Positions 22,601 through 36,090 of a stretch of 64,000 nucleotides of DNA are shown piece by piece. This stretch comes from Isurus oxyrinchus (taxonomy: Eukaryota). The stretch's first letter is position 1; each line of letters starts with the position of its first letter. Location: positions 372,001-436,000 of the forward strand of contig JANJGN010000342.1 in NCBI GenBank assembly GCA_026770705.1, given 5' to 3'. Below the pieces are notes generated by a model that saw nothing but the letters and a program-made list of their open reading frames with translations, made no database searches and was not told where the DNA came from. The position numbers were made by a program, and so were the translations under genes.

Positions 22601-25600
22601 ACAGGCCATGTACAGTAATCAGTGAAATAGACCCTTTGTACATCTATTGTAATCCATATATTGTAAAAGTAATCATTGATATAGGCCTTACCTCAGTTTA
22701 TATTAATCTAGGTCCTGTATTAGTAATTACTGACCCTACCTCAATTGATGTTAATCCATGCCTTGTATCAGTAACCACTAAAAGAGACCCTATCTCCATT
22801 TATATTAATACAGACATTTTATCATTAGTCACTGTGTAAGATGCTCTTTCGGTTTATTTCAATCCATACATTGTAACAGTAATCACTGTAACAGACCCTG
22901 TCTCTGTTGATATTAATCAATGCATTGTATCAGTGACCACTGAAGTAGACTGTGGCTCAGTTTATATCAATACAGGCCTTGTGTTGGTAATCACTGTAAT
23001 AGAACATGTCTCTGCTAATCTTAATACATACTATGTATCAGTAATCATTGTAATACACTCTGTCTCAGTATATATTATCCTCATAACCAGCATTAGTAAT
23101 CACTGCAATAGACCCTGTCTCAGTTGTTATGAATCCATAACTTGTATCAGTAGTCACTGTAATAAACCCTGTCTCAGTTTATGTAAATAGATACCCTGTA
23201 TCAATGATCACTGTAATAGGCCCTGCCTCAGTTGAAATTAATCCATACCTTGTATCAGCAAACAATGTTAGTGACCCTGTCTCACTTTACATTAACACAG
23301 ACCTTGTCTCAGTAATCAGTGTAAAAGACCCTGACTCAGTTTACTTCAATCCATACATTGTTGCACTGCAACAGACCCTATCTGTGTTGTTATTACTTAA
23401 TACCTTGAATCAGTGATCACTGAAGTAGACCCTAACTCAGTTTATATTAATACAGACCTTGTCTTGGTAATGGCTGGAACAGTCTGTATCTCAGTTTATA
23501 TCAATTCAGGTCTTGTATTGGTAATCACTGCAATACATTCTGTCTCAGTTTCTTTTAATCCATACCATGTATCAATAATAAATTTAACAGACCTTGTCTC
23601 ACTTTATTTTAATCCACATCTTGTATCAGTAATCATTGTAATGGACCATGTCTCATTTTATATTAATACAGGCCTTGTATCATTAATGACTGTAAAAGAC
23701 CCTATCTCAGTTTATATCAATCCAAATATTTTACCAATAACCACTGTAACTGACCCAGTCTCAGTTGATATTAATCAATACCTTGTATCAGTAATCACTG
23801 AAGTAGATGCTGACTAAATCTATATTAGACAGACCTAATCTTGATAATGACTGGAATAGACCCTGTCTCAATTTATATCAATCCAGACCTTGTATTATTA
23901 ATCACTGAAAGAGGCACGGTCTCTATTTACCTGAATCAAGACCATGTATCAGTAAGAACTTTAACAGATACTGTCGCAGTTTATTTTAATCCATGCCATG
24001 TATCAGTAATTACTGTAATAATACCTGTCTCATTTTTTATTAATCCATACCATGTATCAGTAATCACTGTAATGGACCGTGTCTCAGTTTACATTATTCC
24101 AGGCCCTGTATCAGTAATCACCGTAATAGACCCTGTCTCAGTTTATATTAATACTGACCTTGTCTCATTAATCACTGTAAAAGACCCTGTCTCAGTTTAA
24201 TTCAATCCATGCATTGCAACATTTATCATTGCAACAGACCCTGTCTCCATTGAAATTAATCAATACCTTGTGTCAGTAATCACTGAAGTAGGCCCTGACT
24301 CAGTTTAGATCAATCAAAGCCTTTTATTGGCAACCACTGTAATAGAGCCTGCCTCTGTTTTAATTAATCCAGACTCTGTATCCGTAAGCATTGTAAGAGA
24401 CCCTGTCTCAGTTTATTTTAATTCATACCATATAACAATAATCACTGTAGTAGGCCTTTTCTCAGTTCATATTAATACAGACCCTGTATCAGGAATCACT
24501 GTAATAGGCTCTATCTCAATTGATATGAATCCATATCTTGTATCAGTGTAAACACTGCAATATACCCTGTCTCAGATTATATTAATCCAAAACTTGTATC
24601 AGTAATCAATGCAATAGACTATGTCTCTGTTTATGGTAATGCAGGCCTTGAATCAGTAATCAGTGTAATAGACCCTGTCTCAGTTCATATCAATACGGAC
24701 ATTGCATTGGTAATTACTGTAATAGCACCTGTCTCAGTTTATATTAATCGATAACTTGTATCATTACTCACTGAAATAGACACTGACCTGAGTCCATATT
24801 AATGTAGATCCAATATCAATAATCATTCTGATTGACAGTGTATCCACTTATATTAATCTAGACCCTGTATCAGTAATCAGTGTAATAGACCCTGTCTCAG
24901 TTTATATTGATACCGACCGTGAAGTAGTAATTAGTCTAATAGATGCTGACTCAGTTTATATTAATCTCGACCCTGTATCAAAAATCATTGTAGTCGACCT
25001 TGTTTCAGTTTATATTAATCTAGATCCTGTATTAGCAATCACTGTAATAGACCCTATCTCAGTTGATATTAATCCATGCCTTGCATCTGTAATCACTGTA
25101 TTAGGTCTTCTCTCAGTTTATATTAAGCTTGATCCTGTATCACTAATCATTATAATAGGTGCTGTCTCAGTTGATATTAATCAAAACCTTGAATCAGTAA
25201 TCACTGATGCTGACCCTGACTTAGTTTATATCAATACAGACCTTCTATTGGTAATCACAGTAATATACCCTGTCTCAGTTTATATTAATTCAGATCTTGT
25301 ATAGGTAATTACTCTAAGAGACCCTGCCTCAGTTTATATTAATCTAGACCCTGTATCAGAAATCAATGTAACAGACCCGGTCTGAGTTTATTTTAATCCA
25401 TACCATATATGAGTAATCATTGTAATAGGCCTTGTCTCAGTTTATATTAATCCATAACTTGTATCAGTAATCACTGTAATGGACCCTGTCTCAATTTATA
25501 TTAATCCAGACCCTGTATCATTAATCACTTTAACTGACCCTCTATCAATTGTTATGAATCCATACCTTGCATCAGTATGCTCTGTAATATACACTGTCTC

Positions 25601-28600
25601 AGTTTATATAAACACACACATTGCATTGGTAATTACCATAATAGATCATGTCTCAGAATTGTTAATCTAAAAACTTGTATCTGTAGTCACTATAACAAGC
25701 TCTGTCTCAGTTGATATTAATCCATACTTTATATCAGTAATCGCTAATTAAGACAGGCATTGTATTGGTAATTACTGCAATAGGCCATGTCTTTAGTCTG
25801 TATTCACCTAGATTCTGTATCAATAATCATTGTGATTGACCCTGTCTCCATTTACACTAATCTAGACTGTGCTTAATAACCACTGTAATAGACCCTGCCT
25901 CAGTTGATATTAATCCATACATTGTATCAATAACAACTGTTAGATACCATCTCTCAGTCTATAGTAATACAGGCATAGTTTTTTTTGTAATTAATGTAAT
26001 ACACCCTTTCACAGTGGATATTAAGCCATTACTAGTATCACTAATCACTGCAATAAACTCTGTTGATCAGTTTATTAATCCATACCCTTCATCAGGAATG
26101 ACTGTATTACACCCTGTCTCAGATTATGTTAATCCATTATCTGTAACAGTAATTACTCCAATAGACCTTGACACAGTTTATATTCATCTGGATCCTGTAT
26201 CAGTCATCATTGAAATTGATCCTGACTCAGTTGATGTTAATCAACACCTTGTATCAGTAACCACTGTAATAGATCATGCCTTGGTTTATATTAATGCAGA
26301 CCTTGTCTCAGTAATCACAATAAAAGTCCCTGTCTCAGCTGATATTAATCAATACCTTGTATCAGTAATCACTGAAGTTGATTCTGAATGAATTTATATC
26401 AATCCAAGCCTTGTATTTGTAAACACTATAATAGACACTGTCTATTATATTAATCTAGGCCCTGCGTTGGTAGTCATTGTAACAGGCTCTTTCAAGTTAT
26501 TTTAATCAGTACCATGTATTAGTAATCAAAGTAAAAGACCTTGTCTCAGTTTATACTAATCCAGACATTGTATCAGTAATCACTGTAATAAACCCTATCG
26601 CAGTTGGTACAAATCCATACCTTTTATCTGTAATCATTGTAATAGACCCTGTCTCAGTTTATATTAATTCATAATTTGTATCAGTAATCACTGTAACAGA
26701 CCCTGTCTCAGTTAATATTAGTACAACCTTGTTTCAGTAATCGCTTAGATATACCATGTTTCAGTTTATATTAACATAGACATTGTATTGGCAATTACTG
26801 TAATAGACCCGGTGCTATGTCTATATTAATGTAGATCCTGTATCAATAATCACTGTGATTGATCCTGTCTCCATTTATATTAATCTAGACTCTGTATCAG
26901 TAATCACTGTAATAGACCCTGATATAGACTCTGCCTCAGGTTATATTATTCTAGACCATGTATCAGTAATTACCATAATAGACCCTGTCATAATTGCTAT
27001 TCATCAATACTTTGTATCAGTAATCACTAAAGTAGACCCTGACTATGTTTATATCCATCCAAGACTTGTATTGGTAATAACTGTAATAGACCTTGTCTCG
27101 CTTTATATTAATGCAGACCCTGTATCAGTAATCATTGTGATAGACAGTGTCTCAGTTTATGTTAATCCATACCTTGAATCAGTAATCACTGGAAGAGACC
27201 CTGTCTCAGTTTCTATTAATCTAGACCATTTATCATTAATAAATGTAACAGACACTGTTTCAGTTAATTTTAATCAATACCATGTATCAATAATCACTCG
27301 AATATATCCTGTCCAAATTTATGTTAACCCAGACATTGCATCAGTGATCACTGTAATAGACCTTGTCTCAGTTGATATGAATCCAGTCCTTGTATTAGTA
27401 ATCACTGTAACATACCATGACTCAGTGTATATTAATCCATACCTTGCACCGATAATCACTGTAATAATCTCTGCCTCAGTTTCTATTGATCTAGACCCTA
27501 TATCAGTAATCACTGTAATGGGCCCTGTCTCAGTTGATATTAATCCACACCTTGTATCATTGATCACAGTAATAGACTCTGTCTCAGTTTATATTAATAA
27601 GGACATTGTATTGATAATTACTGTAATATACTCTGTCTCAGTTTCTTTTAATTCATACAATGCATCAATAATCGCTGTAATAAACCCTGTCTCATTTTTT
27701 TATTAATCCGTACCTTACATCAGTAGTCCCTGGAAGAGACCCTGTATCAGTTTATATTCATCTAGACCCTGTATCAGTAATCACTGTAATGGACCCTGAC
27801 TCAGTTGATATTAATCCATAACTTGTATCATTAATCACTGTAATTGTCTCAGTAATCACTGTAAAAGACCCTGTCTCAGTTTACATCAGTCCATACATTG
27901 TAACAGTAATCACTGTTACAGACTGTGTCTCATTTGCTATTAATCAGTCCCTTGCATCAGTAATCACTGAAGCTGACCCTGACTTAGTTTATATCAATCC
28001 ATATCTTGTATTGGTGATTGCTGTAATAGACCCTGTCTCTGTTTATATTAATCTAGACCCGGCATTAGTAATCATTGCAACAGGCTTTGTCAGGTTATTC
28101 TAATCCATACCATATATCAGTAATCACTTTAATAGACCTTGTCCCTGTTTATATTAATCCAGTCCCTGTTTCAGTAATCACTGTAATTGGCCCTGTAATA
28201 GTTGATATGAATACATACTTGTATCAGTAATCATTGCAATAGACCCTGTCTCAGTTTGTATTAATACATAATTTGTATCAGTAATCACTGTAATATACCT
28301 TGTCTCCATTCAAATTAATCTAGACCATTTATCAATAATAACTGTGACAGACCCCATCTCAGCTAATATTAACCCAGACAATGCATCAGTAACAACTGTA
28401 ATACATGGTGTTTCAGTTGGTATGAATTCATTCTCTGTGTCAGAATTAATGTAATAGACCCTGCCTCAGTTGATATGTATTCATAGCTTGTATCAGTTAT
28501 CTCCGTAATAGACACTGTGTCAGTTTATATTAATACAGGAATTGTGTTGGTAATTATTGGAATAGACCGTGTCTCAGTTTATGTTAATCCAAAACTTGCA

Positions 28601-29440
28601 AGAGTAGTCACTGTGATAAGCACAGCCTCTGCTGACATCAATCCATACCTTGTATCAATAATCAGTGTAATGGTCTCTATCTCAGTTTATATTAATACAG
28701 ACCTTGTATCAGTAATCACTGTGATATACCATGTCTCTTTTTATATTCATACAGACATTGTATTGGTAATTACTGTTATAGACCCTGCCCACAGCCGATA
28801 TTAATTTAGACCCTGTATCAATAATTATTATGATTGACCCTGTCTCAGTTTATATGAATATAGACCCTGTATCAGGATTCACTGTAATAGACCCTGCCTC
28901 AGTTTATATGAATCTTTACCTTGCATCAGTACTCTCTGTAATTGATCCAGTCATAGCTTAAATTAATCTCGGCCCTGTATTAATAATCAATGTAATAGGC
29001 CCTGTCTCCATTTATATTAATCTCGGCCCTGTATCAGTAATCAATGGAATAGACCCTGTCTCAGCTTATATTAACCGAGGCCCTGCATCAGTAATTACTC
29101 TAACAAACCCTGTCTCAGTTTATATAAATCTAGGCCCTGTGTCTGTAATCACTGTGGTAGATGCTGTCTCAGGTTGTTTTATTCCAAGCCCTGTATCAGC
29201 ATTCACTGTGATAGGCCCTGTCTCCGTTTATAGTAACCGAGGTACTGTATCTATAATTGCTGCACAATGCCCCTACTCCGCTTATAATACTTAGGGTCTG
29301 TTAAGTTATTAGTGCACTAGACTCTAATTTAGTCAATACCAATCTCGCCCCTGTTTCAGTAATAGACATAGAGATTAATCTAGAACCTGGATCAGTAATC
29401 ACTGCTCTATGTTCTGTCTCAGTTTAAGTTCATCTAGAGA
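19700..29440 (+). repeat. Large tandem array of a 54-bp unit (dimer of 27-mers), roughly 170 units, with higher-order structure
   Basis: Consensus GTATCAGTAATCACTGTAATAGACCCT+GTCTCAGTTTATATTAATCCATACCTT; the ORF track shows the matching 18-aa repeat VSVITVIDPVSVYINPYL. Confidence 0.97.
22235..22458. mobile_element. 224-bp Penelope-like hairpin element with 12-bp target-site duplication
   Basis: Inverted arms 22289-22353 and 22394-22459; CACTGTAATAGA repeated at 22223-22234 and 22459-22470. Confidence 0.85.
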
Positions 29441-29448
29441 CTGTCTCC

Positions 29449-31280
29449 TTCTTCTTAGGCATTTCCTGAGGATCGAGGATGACATGCTGCCATGCCACTT
29501 CGATATGTTCTGATTTGGCTGTAGACTCTGCTAAAGACGGTTGGACCTAGGGCATTACTCTAATTAACAACTGCAGTGATGTTCTGGATAACTGAGATGA
29601 TTGATCTCCAACAACCACAACCATCTTCATCTGTGTTACACATGACACCGACCAACAGAGAGTTTCCCCGCTGATTCCCATTGACTCCAGTTTTGCTCCT
29701 TGATGCCACAATCTGGCAGATGCTGCCTTCATATCAAAGGCTGTTACTTTCACCTCAACTTTAGATTTTAGCTCATTTGTCCATGTTTAGACCAAGGCTG
29801 TAATGGGATCAGGAGCTGAGTGACCCTGGCACGACTCCCCTGAAGATATTAGTGGACATCAGCCTTCCCCAATAAGCTTCTTTGATTTTGATCACCCACA
29901 AACTAGGGACCCCCATGTATTGGCAGATATGTTCGAACATTTGTGGGATGCTTTGAGCACATCCCTCAAGCACTCTATTTGCCTCCTGCCGAGACAGAGT
30001 TCCAAGTGGATTAATGACTTTGGGAGTTTTGTGTTCAGCATACGAACCATATGTTCCACTCAGCAGAGTCGCTATTGAGTGATGAGGGTCTCTCTGTTGG
30101 GCACGTTGGTTTGAGAGAGGACACTGCTGTTTCACTGCCTTTCCTCACATTGGGTTTGTAGAACCTTCTAATGGCACTGCTGGTATTAATTCTTCAGAAC
30201 TTAGAGGTGCCTACTCGACGTTGTCCAAGGCTCAGAAGCATTTAGGTGCTTGGAGATCACTGCTGCCCAGTATACCATGGCCAGAGACTTGGGTTTGGAA
30301 TTCTAATCCTCAAATGCCATGATCATCTGCTGGCCGAAGGCTGGCCTTCCGCATTAGACTCGATGATGAGTTTTGTTGCCTATTTCTGCCTTCCTAGAGA
30401 GGAGTCTCTGAAGGTATTGAAGAAGATCCACATTTTCAGGATCTTGCCAATGGGGGCGGTTTTGTGGTCTGGGGGCTGTTTGGAAGTGAGTCTTATCTTT
30501 CTGGGTGTTTAATGGAAAGCCATTTTTTTCATATCCTTCAAAGAAGTTGTCAGCAATAAACTGGAGCTCAGTTTTCAGTCAGGGTGCACACAAGAACCAG
30601 AAGGTTACTGAAGCTCAATGAATGATGCTGGGAGATTTTGGTTTTGGATTGAAGGTGGTGTAGGATCAACAGTTTCCCATCGGTTTGCTAGATTTTCTCC
30701 ACACCTGTGGGTAATCTGGAGGTGAGGTGAACTATTACATAGAGAAAACAATGAGGAGAGAGTTGGTGCGGTGACACAAGCCTGTCTGACCCCAGTTTTC
30801 ACTGAGGTAGGGTCCGTGCTGGTTCCGCTGGTGAGGATCAGGGCTTGCAATCCATTGTGGAACAGATGGAGGATGGTGAAAAATTTCTGACGGCACCAAA
30901 TTTGAGGGGATACTCCATATGTCTTAATCGTCGGCAGAGGAAAAGGCATTTGTGATGCGGAGCAAGGCCTTGTGCAGCTGTTGCTGCTGCTCGTGGCAGT
31001 TCTCATTGATTTGCCACACAGGGAACATCAGGGTGCCTCTCGATGGGTGAAAATGTCACTGCGTCTCTGAGAAGAGCTCTGTGGTCATGGTAAGTGTGTG
31101 ACTGAGGAGGATGCTTGCAATAATCTTCCCTCTGGAAGACAGCAAAGGGGATTCTTTTGGGTTACTGCAATCAGACTTGTCTCCCTTCTTGAGTAGACTC
31201 ATAATCAGAGGATTCCTGAGCTCCCTCAGCATGCAGTCCCCTTCCCAAGTGAGGGATATGAGGTTGTACACCTATGTCAG
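29449..31280 (-). mobile_element. RTE-clade LINE, 5'-truncated, with nested family A LINE fragment (~29530-29830)
   Basis: Minus-strand peptides KKGDKSDCSN..LLSSRGKIIASILL and SVKTGVRQACVTAPTLSSLF (RTE RT motifs); 3' end gcctaagaagaa. Confidence 0.85.
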
Positions 31281-31289
31281 GTGATGTAT

Positions 31290-32138
31290 CGGTAATGGCG
31301 GCACTAGATTCTGTTCTGTTCATTTTAACCCAGGTCCAGTATCAGTATTCACAGAACTTGACCCTCCCTCACTTTATATAAATCTAGGCCTTACATCAGT
31401 AATCACTGCACTTGCCCCTGCCCCAGTTTATATTCACCAAGGCTCTTAATCAGTAATTGATTCACTAGGCATTGTCTCAGTTTACATTAATCTCTGCACA
31501 GTAACAGTCATCGCTGCACTAGGCACTGTCCCAGTTTATATCAATCTAGGTCTTGTATCAGTAATCACTGCACTTTACCATGCCTCAATTCATTTAAATC
31601 TAGACCCTGTTACACTAATCACTGCTACTAGACCTCATCTCAGTTTATATTCATCAAGGAGCTTAATAAGTAATTCCTTCACTAGGCCCTGTTTCAATTG
31701 ATATTAATCTAGGCCCTGTATTGTCAAACACCGCACTTGTCCCTGCCTCAGTTGTTACTGATCAAACCCTGCATCATCAGCCAGTGCACTTGACCGTGTC
31801 TCCGTTTATATTGATCAAACCCTGTATCATAAATCACTGCCTTTAGGCACTGTATGAAATTATTTTCCTCCAGTTACTTTATATGTAATGGCTGCAGTGG
31901 ATTCAACCTCAGTTTCTCTGCTTTAGACAATGTCACTGTTACTGTTACAGCCGAACCTTCTACATATAATATTAAAATAGTCCATATCTCTATTTCTATT
32001 AAATTAGGCTAGTCTGAGTTATCACCTTCAAGCCGGAGTGCTTTTAAATTACACAAGGATGTTCCTCAGTTAGACTGATCCAAACACTGTTTATGTTTAC
32101 AACACACTAGGCCACAGCTCATTTAAGACTACACTAAA
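31290..32138 (+). repeat. Continuation of the 27-bp minisatellite array up to the gap
   Basis: ctaggccctgt / cagtttatat / aatcactgcac motifs at ~27-bp spacing. Confidence 0.85.
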
Positions 32139-32353
32139 NNNNNNNNNNNNNNNNNNNNNNNNNNNNNNNNNNNNNNNNNNNNNNNNNNNNNNNNNNNNNN
32201 NNNNNNNNNNNNNNNNNNNNNNNNNNNNNNNNNNNNNNNNNNNNNNNNNNNNNNNNNNNNNNNNNNNNNNNNNNNNNNNNNNNNNNNNNNNNNNNNNNNN
32301 NNNNNNNNNNNNNNNNNNNNNNNNNNNNNNNNNNNNNNNNNNNNNNNNNNNNN
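32139..32353. other. Assembly gap (215 N)
   Basis: Direct read. Confidence 1.
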
Positions 32354-33289
32354 ACACATTTAATCTCTTATCTCTCCCTCTCTGTCTCTCTCTCTCTCTC
32401 TCAACAGCTCAGCATCTTGTCCTCTTTTCTTTCCAAAACAGCAACTTAATCACTTTAACTGTCTCAGACACAACATAAATTATCTAACCCCGCTCTTACA
32501 CAGAGGCCATTTAACTCTCTTGTCCCTTTACCAGACAACACATGATTCATTTAAAACATTCCTTACCCAAAGAGTCATCCATGAAGGATTTTTAATTTTT
32601 TTTTATTTTTTTCTCCCAGTGATAATCCTTAATCCACCTCCACCTTCAATAAACATGCTACAACCAATAGAAACTCATATGTTTTGTTTTTTATATGGGA
32701 ATGGAGGTGAATGCAATGTAAAAACTAGGAACAATCTACGCTGGGCTTCTTGATGCTGTCAGAGTGAGTTCACCCTCACAGGCAGGAAGACTGTTCATGG
32801 TGATAACATCAAACTGACGGCTGCTGTTTCATTCTCAGGTAGCACCACTTCCTGTTTCTCTGTTGCTGGTTCCTCATCGCACATCTCACTTCTAAGCAGT
32901 AAATAAATCTAGGGGCCACAATCTGGTGGAAACATCTGTCAATGCGGCCTATATCTGGCCACAGAGTCAGTGCAGCATCACACAGATCACATTGCGGTGA
33001 GATTTACAAATGGGGCTGCTGTGATCTATTTCTATTTCGAGTTGCCATTCCAGGACATAACTGGATGTGTCTGTGGATCATTCACTGAACTTCCCCTGTT
33101 CTCTAAAGCTGGGAAATGACCGCTTGCTCCCTTATATTTTGTGACATTTGCTCTGTGTTGCTTGTTGGTTTTATTTCTCAATTTACCTCTCTCGCCGCCT
33201 CTTCCTTATTTCTCTTTAACCTTGCTCAGTTTTATGCTCTGTGTCAGTTCTGGCATCTCTCTCCATCTCTACATCTCTTTCATATACAT

Positions 33290-33960
33290 GTTCAAAATCA
33301 CTAAAGGTTTGATGGAGTAAATAAAGAGAGCCCGTTTCAACTGGCACAACAATCAGTGATCAGAGATGACAGATTCAGATTAATTCAACTGAATGGTGAG
33401 ATTAGAATTGATTTTGTTAACATGGTGAGTTGTCATGAGCTGGAATGAACAACCTGAAATGATAGCAGAAGCGAATTCAACTTTGGAAAGAGGATACATA
33501 CTTTAGAGCTGTGAACATCCACCCCAAGGTCTCGCACTTCCTCAACCTCCCAATATCTTTCTGTTTATTGAGAATTCCTTTGCTTTGTCTCCTCCGCCCT
33601 CTCAAATGCATTAGCTCACACTTTTCCAAATTCAATCCCATTTGCCACTTCGCCTACTCAACCAAACCAGTCATGTCATTTTGGAATCCACAGCTAGTCT
33701 CTCCACTACACGACCAATTTTTGCGTCACCTGCAAATTTCCCAATCATGCCTCTCACATTTAAGTTTAAGTTATTAATAAACACAACAAACAGCAAGAGC
33801 CCAGCACTGAGCGTTGTGGAAAAGCACTGGGAACCGTTTCCCTTTCGCAGAAACACCCATTGACCATTGCACTTTGTTTCTTGTCATGAGACAAATTTGG
33901 ATCCAACCTGCCACCTTCCCCTGCATATCCTGAGATCACGCTTTCCTGACCATTATGGGG
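33290..33960. mobile_element. CR1 fragments in both orientations
   Basis: Minus ORF LLFVVFINNLNLNVRGMIGKFAGDAKIGRVV (RT FADD region, 33671-33856); plus-strand 3' ORF2 remnant at ~33300-33500. Confidence 0.8.
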
Positions 33961-35479
33961 AATATTGGACAGACCTTTAAAAGAGCCGACACAGGCACAA
34001 TAGGTTTAAGGACTTTTTCAATGATTTTCTGCTCTTCTTACTGTTTATCTTTCTGTATTTATGTATCTTCTTGTTGCAGTATCATTTCGGCACCTCCTCT
34101 GTCCTTTATTGAGCCCAAATAAAATGTGATAATTACACAGTTTACCTGGTGAGCTAATCCTGCCGTCTGAAAGTGTCTGTACGTGTAATGCTGATAATTG
34201 TCAGGTATCTATCAAGACGCTATTTATGAACTTCAAGTGAATGTCTCTGGATCGAACTCTGATCAGAAAATCCCCACCTCCTGAATCTCTGTGGCACTGA
34301 ATTTTGCACTGGGGAAATTTTGCTATTTGACCTTTTCAGTCACAATGAAAATCAAGCAGAAGATTGAAAATGTCGGTTTGTTTGAGCTGTCAGATTCGGC
34401 CCGTGTGCCTCTGTGCAACTCCAAAACTGCAGGAAAAGCTCTGAAGGAACAGATCCGTTTCTGTTCCACTGACAGGTGCGTCAGTGTCAGCTCAGATATC
34501 AGAACCTCTGCAGTCTCCATGTCCTTATTGCCTCCCCCTTGGGTATAAACATTCTTAGTCAGGTGGAGTCAGTCACACGGGCCTTTGTCATGATGTCTCC
34601 ATGAATTTCTTATCACACAATTCCCTTCCCCGCTCATCATTGCTTAGAAGCCTGCACTATGCCCCAAACACCATACTTTCCTTCCAGTTTGCTTTACAAT
34701 TACATTCGGATTTCTTTGCTCATCTACCTCGCTCAATGCAAGAGTACAAGCCGTCAAAACGGCCTCTGTCATTCATACATTACAGGCTGCCTCTGTGATC
34801 ATTATTATACCAGGCTCCAGTCTGCCCGGGCCTTGTCATCGCCACTTGTTTCATTAATTTAACTGGAAGAATTTTCTTTCAGTGAACGCGCTAGTCAAAC
34901 GTGCGATTGTGTCGCAGGAACCCCTGTCTGGCTGGATAGGGACACTGTACAGGATTGTTCTGTCTGCTATATTCCCTCACCGATTCTGAGTATAAGAACA
35001 TATTGGGCAGAAGGACGTAAAAGCAATTAAACTTGAATTTATACTGACACCTGCAGAACCCACCCAGTTTATGGGGTCCAGTCTCTTTTTCTCATTCATT
35101 CACGGCATGCGAGCTTCGCTGGCTGGGCCAACATTTATTGCCCATCCCAAATTTCCCTTGAGAAGGTGGTGGTGAACTGCCTTCTTGAACCACTGCAGTC
35201 TACATGGTGTAGGTACACCTGCAGTGTTGTTAGGGAGAGAGTTCTAGGATTTTAACTGGAGAGAGACTGGAACCCAAATATTCTGAGCCACGACTGAGAT
35301 TGTTGCCAAATATTCAACACGAACATGATCTGTTCACAGTTCCCATCGCAAACCTTATTCCATTCAGAGTTCAATGGTCCTTGATTCTGTTATTCGGCAA
35401 ATTATTTGCAACGTTTTCGGAATCACACACACTAATGTACGACACCTTAACTTCGGTTTTGATGCACTAGACGCCGACT

Positions 35480-36090
35480 GTGCTCTCAGCACACTGGGTT
35501 CAGTGATGTGTTCAGTAATACACTGCAATCTACGTCTGTTAGTACTGGATCGAACACTGTCCTCGTTACACTAAAATTAAACAATGCCTTTGCTGTAATC
35601 ACACTGGGCTCTGAGTCCATTCTTATTGCATTGCCTCGTATTTCGGTAACTATTACATTCCACTCCCGCCACTGTTCCAGCCAGAAAATAACCTGCTTAT
35701 CCATCCAACTTAATGTACACCTATTATTATGGGAACATTGTTCCCGTCCATTTTCAACAGTAACATGTTCCTAACATTGATGAATTTGACAGTAATCACT
35801 TAGTGATACACTGGTACCTATTTTGAATATCATTGTGCAAAGTATTGTATCCATTATCATGAAACAAAGACTTATTTCTTCTATCTTTACACTAGGACCT
35901 ATCTCTGAAATTAATGCAGTAGTACATATCTTTGCTTATATTACACCAGGTCCTGTCTCTGTTATTACCGCACTAGGTTATCTCTGTTTCCATTACAACA
36001 GGCCATAGCTTTGTTAATACTGCACCAGCCCATATATCTGTTTGTAATACATCGACCCTGCATCTGTTTATGCTACAGATAGCCTGAATC
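35480..36090 (+). repeat. 27-bp minisatellite family, left arm of paralogous unit 1
   Basis: tacactaggacctatctctg, cactaggttatctctgtt and similar motifs. Confidence 0.65.

Noticed and set aside
19700-29440. CRISPR-like or protein-coding interpretation of the array
   Set aside because: Units are contiguous with no unique spacers, the context is vertebrate, and the reading frame is broken repeatedly.
32097-32359. ORFs made of X
   Set aside because: Artefact of the N gap.
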